Shown here piece by piece: positions 24,221 to 34,358 of a stretch of 64,000 nt of DNA (position 1 is the first letter of the stretch; every line of letters starts with the position of its first letter). Location of the stretch: assembly GCA_964499325.1 (NCBI GenBank), contig CAZCKS010000002.1, positions 59-64,058 of the forward strand, written 5' to 3'. The notes beneath the pieces are model-generated. The model was not told the DNA's origin. It did not search any database and saw only the letters and a list, made by a program, of their open reading frames with translations. The DNA comes from an uncultured Bacteroides sp. GTDB taxonomy: Bacteria > Bacillota > Clostridia > Christensenellales > CAG-917. Position numbers and translations under genes: made by a program.

Positions 24221-25330
24221 TTACCATTTGTTTTCGCAGTATTCGCAAAACGCATACATATCCCTCACCTCAACCTTGGTGCCGTCATCAAGGATTGCGG
24301 TGCCGTTCCAAATGCCGTGGGCTTGGTGACAATGCATGCGGAGAAGATTGAGGACGTTGGTGTCGGCGTGATGATCGTAAAATGGCGTCATTGTAAAGTC
24401 AAAACGTCCGTCTTGAGAGACGAAATGCCAAGGCTTCATAAATCCGTCGGGTTTGGGGAATGTTTCGACATCAACAGGTCCAAACTTGTGCACTTTGCCA
24501 TCCCAGAAAATAGCGGTTTCAGTGGCATTGGACTCATCGCCGATACCCCACGTGATTTCAAAGCCGAACAAATGTTCTTTACCGTCGGGACCGATGACGT
24601 ATTTGTTACCGTTGCCCCAATACCACACCATTTGATAGGGTGTGTTTACTCTTCCCCAATCCATAAATGCGAAAGTGTCTTTCTTATCGAAAGTCCACAC
24701 CTTGTCTCCCCAACGGAAGGTGCCCTCGCAAGGCATGGAGTTTTGCTTGGTGGTCATAAAGTATCTTGTTGGCTTGCCTGCATACGGAAGCACGGTGGTG
24801 ATATTTTCAAGCCCGTCCATTATGTCCATAACGAAGTTTGCCTCGACCTCTTTGTCATTTGCCTCGCCCTTAAAATACATTATTCTGCGGTTTTGCTCGG
24901 TGACGACTCGCATGTGCGTCTTGCCGACGGTGTGGTCGAGCACATTGGGAACGTCTCCGCGACTTGGGAGCATATATTTTTTACCGCCGACAAACAACGC
25001 CATAGCCTCGACAATTTGTCCCGTCTTATTTTTGCCATTATGTTGTTTGTTGTAAAAATCCGTAATGGAGCAGTTGGCAAATCCGCCGATAGAGATATTG
25101 GCAAAGGTCATTTGCACCATCATTTTTCCATTGGAAATCTGAAACATGTCCCACTCTTTTTTGCGGTTTGCGGGGCGGGCCTTTTCACGCTCGTATTCAA
25201 AGACGTTGTGTCTTGCCCAGCCGGGAGTGAGAAGCGTGCCGTCATCTGCCAAAAGTTTGACAGGCTCGGTGTATTCCGTCTGCTTGCTATTGACCTCTCC
25301 GTCAATCCAACTCGGATAAGTTCTTTTCAT
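24221..25330 (-). CDS. DUF2804-like hypothetical protein
   Basis: The ATG at 25330 (MKRTYPSW...) has an AGGAGGG SD. The family call comes from remembered N-terminal and overall resemblance only. Confidence 0.55.
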   Translation of the reverse strand: MKRTYPSWIDGEVNSKQTEYTEPVKLLADDGTLLTPGWARHNVFEYEREKARPANRKKEWDMFQISNGKMMVQMTFANISIGGFANCSITDFYNKQHNGKNKTGQIVEAMALFVGGKKYMLPSRGDVPNVLDHTVGKTHMRVVTEQNRRIMYFKGEANDKEVEANFVMDIMDGLENITTVLPYAGKPTRYFMTTKQNSMPCEGTFRWGDKVWTFDKKDTFAFMDWGRVNTPYQMVWYWGNGNKYVIGPDGKEHLFGFEITWGIGDESNATETAIFWDGKVHKFGPVDVETFPKPDGFMKPWHFVSQDGRFDFTMTPFYDHHADTNVLNLLRMHCHQAHGIWNGTAILDDGTKVEVRDMYAFCEYCENKW

Positions 25331-25469
25331 AATCCCTCCTATATTATACAAAGTATAATCTCATACATTCAGTATAGTGCAAACATACGATAAAAACAAT
25401 ACCCAATTTTATGCGGATAAATTGCATAAAACACTGGATTTAACACTGCCGTTACTCTATAATGCAGGT

Positions 25470-26138
25470 ATGGAAATAAAACCGATTGCTTATGCACACA
25501 CTCCCTTCAAGGAAAAATTCGGCATACCTCGCCAAAGCGGACGAGTGCCGATAAGAGGCAGTATTGTCTTTGAAAAAGAGTTCCGCACTCCCGATGCGAT
25601 AAGAGGCATAGAGGGATTTTCTCATCTATGGCTGTTGTTCGATTTTTCACTTGCGCACAGAGATGACTTTTGCCCAACCGTACGCCCGCCTCGTCTGGGC
25701 GGAAATGAGAAAGTAGGCGTGTTTGCCTCTCGTTCCCCCTTTAGACCCAACTCAATAGGATTAAGTTGCGTGCGCCTTGTCGAGGTGCAACACAGCCAAA
25801 GCGACGGCGATATACTAATTGTCGAGGGTATAGATTTGCTTGACGGCACCCCGATATACGATATAAAACCATACGTGCCAAGCGACTGCAAAACAGACGC
25901 CGTATGTGCCTATGCGAACACACATTTTTATGACAGATTGGACGTTGTTTGGGATATAAAAGACATCACGATGAGCGAAACGCAAAAGGCGGAAATTACC
26001 GCCTGTATAGCAGAGGATCCTCGCCCGTCTTATCAAGACGAAGGACGTGAATACGGCATGCTATTCGATAATAAAAACATAAAGTTTTATGTAAGCAACG
26101 CCGTTGCACACATAATACAAGTCGAAGATATAAACTGA
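25470..26138 (+). CDS. trmO: tRNA (m6t6A37) methyltransferase TrmO/TsaA (YaeB family)
   Basis: The translation contains MEIKPIAYAHTPFKEKFGIPRQSG and LLDGTPIYDIKPYVP. The start was trimmed from 25377 to the ATG at 25470. Confidence 0.85.
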   Translation: MEIKPIAYAHTPFKEKFGIPRQSGRVPIRGSIVFEKEFRTPDAIRGIEGFSHLWLLFDFSLAHRDDFCPTVRPPRLGGNEKVGVFASRSPFRPNSIGLSCVRLVEVQHSQSDGDILIVEGIDLLDGTPIYDIKPYVPSDCKTDAVCAYANTHFYDRLDVVWDIKDITMSETQKAEITACIAEDPRPSYQDEGREYGMLFDNKNIKFYVSNAVAHIIQVEDIN

Positions 26139-26160
26139 CAAATATGCTGTTTAATATAGC

Positions 26161-26190
26161 AAAAAGCGCACCATAAAGTGCGCTTTTTTG
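26161..26190. terminator. bidirectional terminator between convergent trmO and EamA genes
   Basis: The stem AAGCGCAC / GTGCGCTT is flanked by A5 and T6. Confidence 0.8.
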
Positions 26191-26209
26191 CTATATGGGA
26201 ATATTTTAA

Positions 26210-27145
26210 TTAATCTACAAAATACTTGCCACGTTTTGTCTGTAACATGGTTTTGGGGATGTATATTTGAGCCACAAAAACTGCAAGCAACACCAGAACA
26301 CAGCCGGTAAACTCAAGCACGGTGTATTCCTCATGGAAAATGATTACGCCTGCAATCATTGCAATGACGGACTCAAGCGACATGATAAGCGTAGCAAGTT
26401 CAGGCGGAGCATATTTTTGTCCTGCCGTCTGCAAGGTAAAACCAAATCCCGCAGAGAATATACCCACATACAAGATTGCCCATATATTGTCGCTGACAAT
26501 AGAAATCGGCGGAAAGCCCTCTATTGCCATTGCGGGCAATGATATAAGCGACGCCGTCAAAAATTGCACAAATGTTATTTTGAACGGATCGACCTCTTTA
26601 ATATATACGTCGATAAACATTATCTGCAAAGAGAACCACACCGCACATATCAAAAGGGCAAGATCAGCATCGTTGAATGAAAGCGAGTCTCCCTCTCCCA
26701 TGCAAGTCATATAAAAGCCTATAATGCCTATAATCACGGCAAACCAACTGTTGGTTGGCACCCTCTTGCGAATAAGTACGCTCAACATCGGAACCATGAC
26801 AATATAAAGCGCTGTCAAAAATCCTGACTTGCCCAACGTCGTATGCGTTACGCCATATTGTTGGAGGTTGTTGGCAATAAACAAGCACAATCCGCAAAGC
26901 GCACCGCCGATGAATGTCTGCTTGTTCCAACCGATACGTTTTTTGCCCGTCTTTTTTTCGACAGCCATGCCGATGAGAATCATGACGCCTATCACGACGA
27001 CCGCAAGCGAGAATCTAAATCCGTTGAATGTCAAAATCGGCACCGTCGAAGACGCGCTTCGTTGTGCGACAAAGGCAAAGCCCCAAATAAAGGCGCATGC
27101 CGTCACAAGGATTATTCCCAATGCGTTGTGTGATTTTTTGTCCAT
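26210..27145 (-). CDS. DMT-superfamily (EamA) transporter
   Basis: The 311-aa protein is polytopic with about 10 hydrophobic helices and a two-EamA-repeat layout. Confidence 0.8.
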   Translation of the reverse strand: MDKKSHNALGIILVTACAFIWGFAFVAQRSASSTVPILTFNGFRFSLAVVVIGVMILIGMAVEKKTGKKRIGWNKQTFIGGALCGLCLFIANNLQQYGVTHTTLGKSGFLTALYIVMVPMLSVLIRKRVPTNSWFAVIIGIIGFYMTCMGEGDSLSFNDADLALLICAVWFSLQIMFIDVYIKEVDPFKITFVQFLTASLISLPAMAIEGFPPISIVSDNIWAILYVGIFSAGFGFTLQTAGQKYAPPELATLIMSLESVIAMIAGVIIFHEEYTVLEFTGCVLVLLAVFVAQIYIPKTMLQTKRGKYFVD

Positions 27146-27171
27146 TATTTCACCGATTGCTATACTTTTGA

Positions 27172-28014
27172 TTATCCGAGCGTCTTTTCAAACAGACGTG
27201 CAAGCGATTTGTAATCTTCAAGCGACAACGCCTCTCCCCTCACAAGCGGAGCAAAGCCTGCAGATACAATAACGTCAGTTGCCTGTTGTTTGCTCACGCC
27301 AAAGGCAACGCTCAAATTATTGGCAAGAGTCTTTCTTCTCATCGCGAAAGACGAGCGCACGAGTTTGTGCAAAAATTGCACGTTTTCGCCGTCAAGTTTA
27401 TGTCGGTCTATGTCTATGCGCACCACTGCGCTGTCAACGTTTGGAGACGGGAAAAACATATTCCTCGATACGTTTCTGGTGATTTTGGCACTGCCAGCCA
27501 TTTCGATTGCAAGAGTAACGGCGGAATAATCTGCCGTATTGGCTTTGGCAACAAATCTGTCCGCCACCTCTTTTTGCACCATAATCGTGAGGCTTTCCAC
27601 CTGCAAATCGCTTTCGATAAAACGCATTGCAAGCGGAGTGGTTATATAATATGGAAGATTGGCAACAACCTTAAACTTGCCCTCGACAATTTGTTTCATC
27701 TCATCGTCTTTCATACGCAAGACGTCTTTGAAGATTACTTCGACATTTTCAACGCCTTGCAAAGACAATGCAAGCACGGGTTCGAGATTACGGTCAACTT
27801 CAAACGAGTATACCCTTTTTGCAACTTTTGCTATCGCGCGCGTAAGAGTGCCTGCGCCGGTACCAATCTCCACAACGGTATCGTCAGATGTTATTCCGCT
27901 GTCAGCGACGATTGCATCAAGAAGATTGCCGTCGGTAATAAAGTTTTGTCCGAGAGCCTTGTTGAAGTGAAAATCCACTCCTCGAATTATGTCTTTAACG
28001 TTTCGATTTTCCAT
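27172..28014 (-). CDS. rsmA: 16S rRNA (adenine1518/1519-N6)-dimethyltransferase
   Basis: Starting from the ATG at 28014 (MENRN...), the translation contains LGQNFITD and EIGTGAGTLT. An AAGGA SD is present. The ORF-track extension to 28116 is unsupported. Confidence 0.92.
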   Translation of the reverse strand: MENRNVKDIIRGVDFHFNKALGQNFITDGNLLDAIVADSGITSDDTVVEIGTGAGTLTRAIAKVAKRVYSFEVDRNLEPVLALSLQGVENVEVIFKDVLRMKDDEMKQIVEGKFKVVANLPYYITTPLAMRFIESDLQVESLTIMVQKEVADRFVAKANTADYSAVTLAIEMAGSAKITRNVSRNMFFPSPNVDSAVVRIDIDRHKLDGENVQFLHKLVRSSFAMRRKTLANNLSVAFGVSKQQATDVIVSAGFAPLVRGEALSLEDYKSLARLFEKTLG

Positions 28015-28149
28015 ATTTTTCCTTATCGATATGCGTATATTTTCGTGCAGGCAACCCACACTACAATCGTACAGAAGATAAACAATCGGAAGTACAAAAG
28101 AAAAAGCAGAAGTCAATTAGCCTTGGTTTCTGTTTTTCTTTATTATTTA

Positions 28150-28767
28150 TCAATATTCCGTATCCTCATAAATTGTTTCTCTCACCTTATAATGTGCGCC
28201 TGCTTGCTCGGCGAGTTTCCTGCAAGCCTCGATTTCTTCCTCTCCGATAAAATCGACGACGGACATTGTCGTATCTATGCCCGCCTCAACGCAATCCTTT
28301 GCAAATTTAAGCATTGCATAAAACGCATCTTCGCCGTACTTACTTCTGCAAATCTCTTGATAGGCTTGCGCCGTAGACGCATTAAGCGAGATAGACACGG
28401 CGTCGATATACGGCGCAATAAGTTGCGCAATATCGTCGCGCTTATTGATAAGCGCACCCAATCCGTTGGTGTTTATTCTTATCTTGCAATCCTTCTTTTT
28501 GAGGTAAGGCGCAATTTGAGATATAATAGAAAGGTTGCACATGGGTTCTCCGAAACCGCAAAAAACAATCTCCTTGTATTTGCTCAAATCATACAAAGAA
28601 ATGTCCTCCACAAGTTCTTCAAACGTAGGCTCTTTTAAAAGCCAAAGTTCACTTCCACTAACGCCGTCTTTGACGTTGCGTATGCAAAACTCGCACCTGT
28701 TGGGGCAACGGTTGGTGATGTTGAGATATAGGCTGTCGCCAAATTCATAAACATAATTATTTGTCAT
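28150..28767 (-). CDS. TatD-associated radical SAM protein
   Basis: The CxxxCxxC motif is NRCPNRCEFCIRN. The gene lies immediately downstream of tatD. The ATG is at 28767; the 28785 start is GTG. Confidence 0.8.
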   Translation of the reverse strand: MTNNYVYEFGDSLYLNITNRCPNRCEFCIRNVKDGVSGSELWLLKEPTFEELVEDISLYDLSKYKEIVFCGFGEPMCNLSIISQIAPYLKKKDCKIRINTNGLGALINKRDDIAQLIAPYIDAVSISLNASTAQAYQEICRSKYGEDAFYAMLKFAKDCVEAGIDTTMSVVDFIGEEEIEACRKLAEQAGAHYKVRETIYEDTEY

Positions 28768-28794
28768 ATTACTCTCACAAAACACACTTTGTTA

Positions 28795-29571
28795 TTATAT
28801 TTTAAGACGATAAAATAGTCTTTTTGCATTTTCGGTTGTTATTCTTTCAATTTCTTCAACTGGCAACCCCAGCACTTCGCTCGCCTTTTGTGCAACGAGA
28901 TTCACATATTTCGGCTCATTGATTTTGCCTCTAAAGGGCACGGGCGTCATATACGGACAATCCGTCTCAAGCAGCAATCTTTGCGGATCGACAGTGGCAA
29001 GAGACTCTATATTATGTCTTGCATTTTTAAAGGTGACTGCTCCGCCGAAAGAATAATACGCGTCGAGTTTATCAAAGATTTTCACATACTCACTCGAGCC
29101 TGAATAACAATGCAAAAGCAAGCCATGATTGATGTATCTTTGCATGTCGAAAAGTATTTTTCTTGCGTCCTCGTAAGCGTCCCTGATGTGCAAAACGATA
29201 GGAAGCGAAACGCTGTCAGCAATCTCAATCTGCTCGCAAAACGCTCTTCTTTGCGCCTCCCTGTCGCTTAAATCATAATAGTAGTCAAGCCCGATTTCGC
29301 CAAAAGCCACCGTCTTTTCGTCTTGCGATAGCGCCTTCAAAACGTCATATTTTTGAGCGTCAGCGGTGTCGGAATCATGCGGATGAATGCCCACCGCACT
29401 ATATACGTTATCGTACTTTTGGGCGATTTCTACAGCAAGTTGCGACGATGGCAAATCATAACCCACGCATATTGCACATTCAATATTATCAACCGCAAAA
29501 TCGCCGACTATACGATCGGCTTGCGGTAAGAGTTTTTCATCATTCAAATGGCAATGCGTATCTATTATCAT
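28795..29571 (-). CDS. TatD-family metal-dependent hydrolase/DNase
   Basis: The N-terminus is IIDTHCHLNDEKL. It is 258 aa and sits in the conserved metG-tatD neighbourhood. Confidence 0.9.
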   Translation of the reverse strand: MIIDTHCHLNDEKLLPQADRIVGDFAVDNIECAICVGYDLPSSQLAVEIAQKYDNVYSAVGIHPHDSDTADAQKYDVLKALSQDEKTVAFGEIGLDYYYDLSDREAQRRAFCEQIEIADSVSLPIVLHIRDAYEDARKILFDMQRYINHGLLLHCYSGSSEYVKIFDKLDAYYSFGGAVTFKNARHNIESLATVDPQRLLLETDCPYMTPVPFRGKINEPKYVNLVAQKASEVLGLPVEEIERITTENAKRLFYRLKI

Positions 29572-29605
29572 CTATCAAAAACCGTCCCTTGCGAGACGGC
29601 TACGG

Positions 29606-31633
29606 TTATCTTACGGTGCAACCGCTCGCAACATGTTTTTCGGGAGATACAAGCACGATGTTCTCGCTCCCATCCTCACTCTTTTCACAAGCGCAAAGAA
29701 GCATGCCTTGACTCTCTATTCCGCGCAATTTCGCAGGCTTGAGATTGTATACCACAACAACATTTTTGCCGACCATTTCTTCTGGTGTATAGTATTTTGC
29801 AATACCGCTGACAATCGTCCTTGTCTCTGCGCCAATTTCCACAGAAAACTTGAGAAGTTTGTCTGCTTTCTCCACCTTTTCAGCCGTCAAAATTTTGCCG
29901 ACACGAAGTTGAACTTTTGCAAAATCGTCTATGGTAATCTCGTTGATGTCTACCATGTTTTCCGCTTTTTTATCTGTGCTTTCCTGCTTGTTTTCCGCCT
30001 TTTTCGCCTGTTTTTCTTGCTTTTTAACAGGTTCGGTTTGAGGCTCGTCTTTGACTATTAAGCCCTTTTCGATAAGTTGTTTGCACACCTTATCAACATC
30101 GATTCTGTTAAACAAATGCTCGGGGTTTTGCGCCACTTTCGTGTCGTTTTCAAACAAGCCGAATTTGTCAAGTTGCTCATAAGTGCGCAATGTCGTCCCG
30201 CATTGTTCCACAACCTTTTGAGAAGTGGTCGGCATAAACGGAGAGAGCAAACTTGCGCAAATCACGATTGTCTCGGTGAGATTGTAAAGCACGGTTGCAA
30301 GACGGTCTTGCTTGCTCTCCTCCTTTGCAAGCACCCACGGCATCGTCTCATCAATATACTTATTTGCCCTGCGGAGCACTTGGAAAATCTCATCAGTTGC
30401 GTCTGCAGTGCGATACTTGTCGATAAGTCCGAAGACCTTGTCTCTTGCACTCTTTGCAATCGTCTTCAACTCGTCATCAACAGGTTCGCTTGCGCCCTTG
30501 TCGCACACAACGCCGCCAAAGTACTTGTTGGTCATGGCGATGGTGCGTTGCACAAGGTTGCCGTACACGTTGACAAGTTCGCTATTGATTGTATCCATGA
30601 CAATGTCCCAACTGATAATACCGTCGTTGTCAAACGGAACTTGCGAAAGGAGATAATATCTTACCGCATCCACGCCAAACTGCTCCACGAGGTCGTCCGC
30701 ATATATGACGTTGCCCTTGGATTTTGACATCTTCCCGCCGTTTACCAACAGCCACGGATGTCCGAAAATTTGTTTTGGCAAAGGCTCGCCCATCGCCATA
30801 AGGAAAATCGGCCAATAAATGGAGTGGAAACGCACAATGTCCTTGCCTATGATATGCACGTCGGCAGGCCATTCTTTTTTGTACAAATCGCTGCTGTTCC
30901 CGTCCGCATCAAAGCCTATGCCCGTAATATAGTTCGTGAGTGCGTCAAGCCACACATATACAACGTGTTTTTCGTCAAACGACACGGGAATACCCCAGGT
31001 AAAGGACGTGCGCGACACACAGAGGTCTTGAAGTCCCGGCTTTAAGAAATTGTTTACCATCTCATTCTTGCGTGAGACGGGCGTGATGAAGTCGGGATGC
31101 TCGTCATAATATTTCATGAGGCGGTCGGCATACTTTTGCATATTGAAGAAATACGCCTCTTCTTCCGCCATTTTTACTTCTCTTCCGCAATCAGGGCATT
31201 TGCCGTCCACAAGTTGGCTTTCCGTCCAGAAAGATTCGCACGGAGTGCAATACCAGCCCTTGTAAGAGCCTTTATAAATGTCGCCTTGCTCATAGAACTT
31301 TTTAAAAATCTTCTGAACTTGCTCCTCATGGCATTTGTCCGTTGTGCGAATAAACTTATCATAGGTGGTGTCCATTAAATCCCAAATGCGTTTGATGCCG
31401 TCAGCCTTTTCGTCAACAAATTGTTTGGGAGTAACGCCGGCGTCTTGTGCCTTAAGTTCAATCTTCTCTCCGTGCTCGTCCGTGCCAGTCTGGAAAAACA
31501 CGTCATAACCTTGCATACGCTTTGCGCGCGCAATAAGGTCGGAAAGCACAATTTCGTAAGTGTTGCCAATGTGCGGTTTGCCCGACGCATAAGCAATAGC
31601 GGTTGTCATATAAAACTTTTTCTTGTCTTGCAT
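29606..31633 (-). CDS. metG: methionine--tRNA ligase with C-terminal tRNA-binding (Trbp111-like) domain
   Basis: It has a HIGN class-I signature region (ASGKPHIGNTYE) and KMSKS. The C-terminus is VGKILTAEKVEKADKLLKFSVEIG. The ATG at 31633 has an AAGAGGTG SD. Confidence 0.95.
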   Translation of the reverse strand: MQDKKKFYMTTAIAYASGKPHIGNTYEIVLSDLIARAKRMQGYDVFFQTGTDEHGEKIELKAQDAGVTPKQFVDEKADGIKRIWDLMDTTYDKFIRTTDKCHEEQVQKIFKKFYEQGDIYKGSYKGWYCTPCESFWTESQLVDGKCPDCGREVKMAEEEAYFFNMQKYADRLMKYYDEHPDFITPVSRKNEMVNNFLKPGLQDLCVSRTSFTWGIPVSFDEKHVVYVWLDALTNYITGIGFDADGNSSDLYKKEWPADVHIIGKDIVRFHSIYWPIFLMAMGEPLPKQIFGHPWLLVNGGKMSKSKGNVIYADDLVEQFGVDAVRYYLLSQVPFDNDGIISWDIVMDTINSELVNVYGNLVQRTIAMTNKYFGGVVCDKGASEPVDDELKTIAKSARDKVFGLIDKYRTADATDEIFQVLRRANKYIDETMPWVLAKEESKQDRLATVLYNLTETIVICASLLSPFMPTTSQKVVEQCGTTLRTYEQLDKFGLFENDTKVAQNPEHLFNRIDVDKVCKQLIEKGLIVKDEPQTEPVKKQEKQAKKAENKQESTDKKAENMVDINEITIDDFAKVQLRVGKILTAEKVEKADKLLKFSVEIGAETRTIVSGIAKYYTPEEMVGKNVVVVYNLKPAKLRGIESQGMLLCACEKSEDGSENIVLVSPEKHVASGCTVR

Positions 31634-31719
31634 AATTGCACCTCTTTGGCAAGCCAATGATACTTGCCTCAATTTTCAATATATTATACAACTTTTATTT
31701 ATAATTGTAAATAAGTTAT

Positions 31720-32427
31720 ATGCATATCCGCATGCGCTTTCAAATACATTTTAGGGTGAGTATCGCTTTTTTCGTCATAAGCATTGTATCAATCCTCGTT
31801 ATGATTATCCGCTCTCCCGAGAGCGCGTTCCCCGCTATGATTGACGGCGCAACGGGAGCGATAACCCTTGCGCTAAAACTTATAGCCATATATGCGGTGT
31901 GGTTGTCTGTGTTAAAAATGATGGAAGCAACCGCTCTTGACAAGAAACTTTCTCGCATAATGAAACCCGTCGTGAAAAGACTTTTTAAAAAGGAAAGCGA
32001 CGAGGCATACGATTGGATATGTATAAATCTCTCCGCAAATATGTTAGGCATGGGCGGAGTGGCTACGCCTGCAGGAATTAAGGCAATGAGCGCAATGCAA
32101 GACAACAGTGACAAAATAACGAACAACATGGCTCTGCTGCTTGTGATAAACACAACGTCTATTCAACTTATCCCTGCGACTGTTATCGCACTGCGTGCAA
32201 CCGCAGGTTCGCAAAACCCTGCAGACATAATACTCCCCACCCTTATTTCAAGCGGAATTGCAACCGTGTGCGGTGGCATTATTTGCAAAATATTATCCAT
32301 AAAAAATAACGATGATAAAACTTGCGCAATCAACAATAAGCGCACTTTATGTGGTAAAAACAATATGTTAAAACCATTATCGTGCAATTTGCGTAAAAAT
32401 TCAAAGCGGAGCAAATCTACAAAATGA
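31720..32427 (+). CDS. spmA: spore maturation protein A (nucleoside-recognition/Gate domain)
   Basis: It is a membrane protein resembling SpmA (IDGATGAITLALKLIAIYAVWLSVLKMMEA) and is coupled to spmB by an ATGA overlap. The exact start is uncertain. Confidence 0.7.
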   Translation: MHIRMRFQIHFRVSIAFFVISIVSILVMIIRSPESAFPAMIDGATGAITLALKLIAIYAVWLSVLKMMEATALDKKLSRIMKPVVKRLFKKESDEAYDWICINLSANMLGMGGVATPAGIKAMSAMQDNSDKITNNMALLLVINTTSIQLIPATVIALRATAGSQNPADIILPTLISSGIATVCGGIICKILSIKNNDDKTCAINNKRTLCGKNNMLKPLSCNLRKNSKRSKSTK

Positions 32428-32930
32428 GCGCTTATATTTTGCCCATTCTTCTTGTTATTTTATTGATATATTGCGCAGTAAAAAGAGTGCGCCCGTATGA
32501 GTGTTTTCTGTCGGGAACAAAAGACTCTCTCGCCCTCGTAAAAGACGTCTTCCCCTATATCGCAACGATATTTATAGGCATAAGTCTTTTTAAAGAAAGC
32601 GGACTTTCAAGCGATCTCGCCACCCTTTTGGCAAAGCCATTAAGCGGTATGGGTATAAGCGGAGAAATAATCGAATTGACTATGCTCGTCCCATTGTCGG
32701 GCAACGGCACCACCGCACTTTTGCAAGATATTATCGCAAAATACGGAGCGGACTCTTACGAAGCAAGATGCGCAAGCGTAATTGCAGGAGGCTCTGAAAC
32801 GATATTCTATATATGTGCCGTTTACCTATCCGCGTGCAAAGCAAAAAAGTTGCGATATGCCATACCCGTCTCTCTTTTTGCCACCCTGCTCGGCGCCGTA
32901 ATAGCCTGCTTATTGTGTAAAATAATGTGA
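32424..32930 (+). CDS. spmB: spore maturation protein B
   Basis: This 168-aa membrane protein lies directly after spmA and has a SpmB-like sequence (GNGTTALLQDIIAKYGADSY). Confidence 0.7.
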   Translation: MSAYILPILLVILLIYCAVKRVRPYECFLSGTKDSLALVKDVFPYIATIFIGISLFKESGLSSDLATLLAKPLSGMGISGEIIELTMLVPLSGNGTTALLQDIIAKYGADSYEARCASVIAGGSETIFYICAVYLSACKAKKLRYAIPVSLFATLLGAVIACLLCKIM

Positions 32931-32983
32931 TTTTTATGTAAACCGACACAAAGGTGTGTTGCGATTTTTACGCATTAACAATT

Positions 32984-33015
32984 AAAAAAGCAACCCTGTC
33001 GGATTGCTCTTTTAA
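32984..33015. terminator. bidirectional terminator between spmB and the DUF1858 gene
   Basis: An A6-flanked hairpin AGCAACCC/GGATTGCT has one mismatch and is followed by a T-rich run. Confidence 0.5.
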
Positions 33016-33031
33016 TTTGTTTAAACTTCGC

Positions 33032-33229
33032 TCAACAGATTACTGCGTTGAGTTCTTCGCAAAGTTTATCAGCATCGATTCCGTGAACGGCAGCGGCTTG
33101 TTCAAGCGTTTCACCGTGTGCAAGCATGCAGTGCAAGCAGTGCATTCCGCTGTTTTGCAAAACTTCTGCGAGTTTATCGGGATCACCCTTTGAAAGGATG
33201 TCGATGATAAGCATATCTTTTGTGATCAT
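33032..33229 (-). CDS. DUF1858 domain protein (hybrid-cluster-protein-associated redox disulfide type)
   Basis: The translation is MITKDMLIIDILSKGDP...GMHCLHCMLAHGETLEQAA. The ATG at 33229 has a GGAGG SD. The ORF-track start at 33244 is TTG lying inside that SD. Confidence 0.7.
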   Translation of the reverse strand: MITKDMLIIDILSKGDPDKLAEVLQNSGMHCLHCMLAHGETLEQAAAVHGIDADKLCEELNAVIC

Positions 33230-33280
33230 TGTCTTTACCTCCAAAACATTGATTATGTAAAATTGTTTTTACCTTATTTA

Positions 33281-34342
33281 TTAGCGCATGAACATCCACG
33301 CAAACACGATTGCAACAATCGCCAATATCGCAAGCAATATCGTACCTGCAACCTTTGTCGGAGACGTGGGCGATTTGCCTGTAGACTTGCCCGTGCGCCC
33401 GTTGATTATAAAGCGGTACGCCTTCTTGCGGAACTTGTAGGTACACACCCATAGCGGAAACAACGTATATCTAAACTTTGTTTCGCTATACTCTGTGTTC
33501 ACCTTAAGATACGCCACCTCGTCCGCTCTATAGTGCGAGAGTATCTTCTTGCGGATTTGTTCGTCTATTTGTTTTTGTGCGATAGCAAACCCGTCCTCAA
33601 GCGACGTGTCATAACGCTCGGCGCAAAATCCTGCAATATAATCCTTGTTATACGCCTCTACGTTTTCCTTGTCATAAGGTAGAATGTTGTTAAGTTCCTT
33701 TTGCGTAAGTTGCGTACTTGCCTCAACAGCAACATCCTCGAACACATCGTCCGTGCTACCGCTAACATAATACCAATCGATATATGTTTCCATGTGGCGA
33801 TTATTGCCACTGCCTACCCAGCGAGTCTTTCTTTCGCCGATTTTTCCCTCGTAGGACGATTCTGTTTCCGTCGTAAAAGAGTATGTAGGAATATATATAC
33901 CGCGGAAGTTGTCTACAACAAATCCCTTCTTAAGTTTATATGGTGCAAAAAACTTCTTTTTTATCCATTTTTTGCCCACATCGAGCGCCTCTTGCTTTGA
34001 TATCGAAAAGGGCAATATGCTGTCGGGCTTTAATCCTTTCAAGTCCTCTATGTCGATAACGTTGGTCGCACCGCAATACGGGCATTTTGTCGCCGTATCG
34101 AATCCGACTATCGGAATATCTCCTGCGCAATTTGGGCACTTATACGTTTCGCCATCTGCGATTACGACGCCTTGAGCGCGCTCTGAAAGATAATCACGCT
34201 TGAACCCAATCTTCTTGTCAATTGTGCGCATAGCACCGCAATACGGGCATTTCAACGCGCCAAGCGACGGCTCATAGTGCATATCCGCGCCGCAATCGCA
34301 TTTGACGACGGCGGACACGTTATAGGAAAAATTGTCGGTCAT
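33281..34342 (-). CDS. double zinc-ribbon membrane protein, YdjG-like
   Basis: Two CxxC...CxxC ribbons are present (CDCGADM...CPYCGA and CPNCAGD...CPYCGA). A C-terminal TM helix is AGTILLAILAIVAIVFAWMF. The gene follows the SPFH gene. Confidence 0.6.
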   Translation of the reverse strand: MTDNFSYNVSAVVKCDCGADMHYEPSLGALKCPYCGAMRTIDKKIGFKRDYLSERAQGVVIADGETYKCPNCAGDIPIVGFDTATKCPYCGATNVIDIEDLKGLKPDSILPFSISKQEALDVGKKWIKKKFFAPYKLKKGFVVDNFRGIYIPTYSFTTETESSYEGKIGERKTRWVGSGNNRHMETYIDWYYVSGSTDDVFEDVAVEASTQLTQKELNNILPYDKENVEAYNKDYIAGFCAERYDTSLEDGFAIAQKQIDEQIRKKILSHYRADEVAYLKVNTEYSETKFRYTLFPLWVCTYKFRKKAYRFIINGRTGKSTGKSPTSPTKVAGTILLAILAIVAIVFAWMFMR

Positions 34343-34358
34343 CTTATCCTATCACACC

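Noticed and set aside
24039-24248. A 69-aa minus-strand ORF lies in the spacer between repeat copy B and the DUF2804-like gene.
   Set aside because: It overlaps the 3' end of the DUF2804-like gene and runs through the long hairpin and the GC-rich word. It has no SD, so it is more likely structured non-coding DNA.
27286-28638. A 450-aa plus-strand ORF spans rsmA and the radical SAM gene.
   Set aside because: It crosses an intergenic region and two well-supported minus-strand genes. No start context is present, so it is an antisense artefact.
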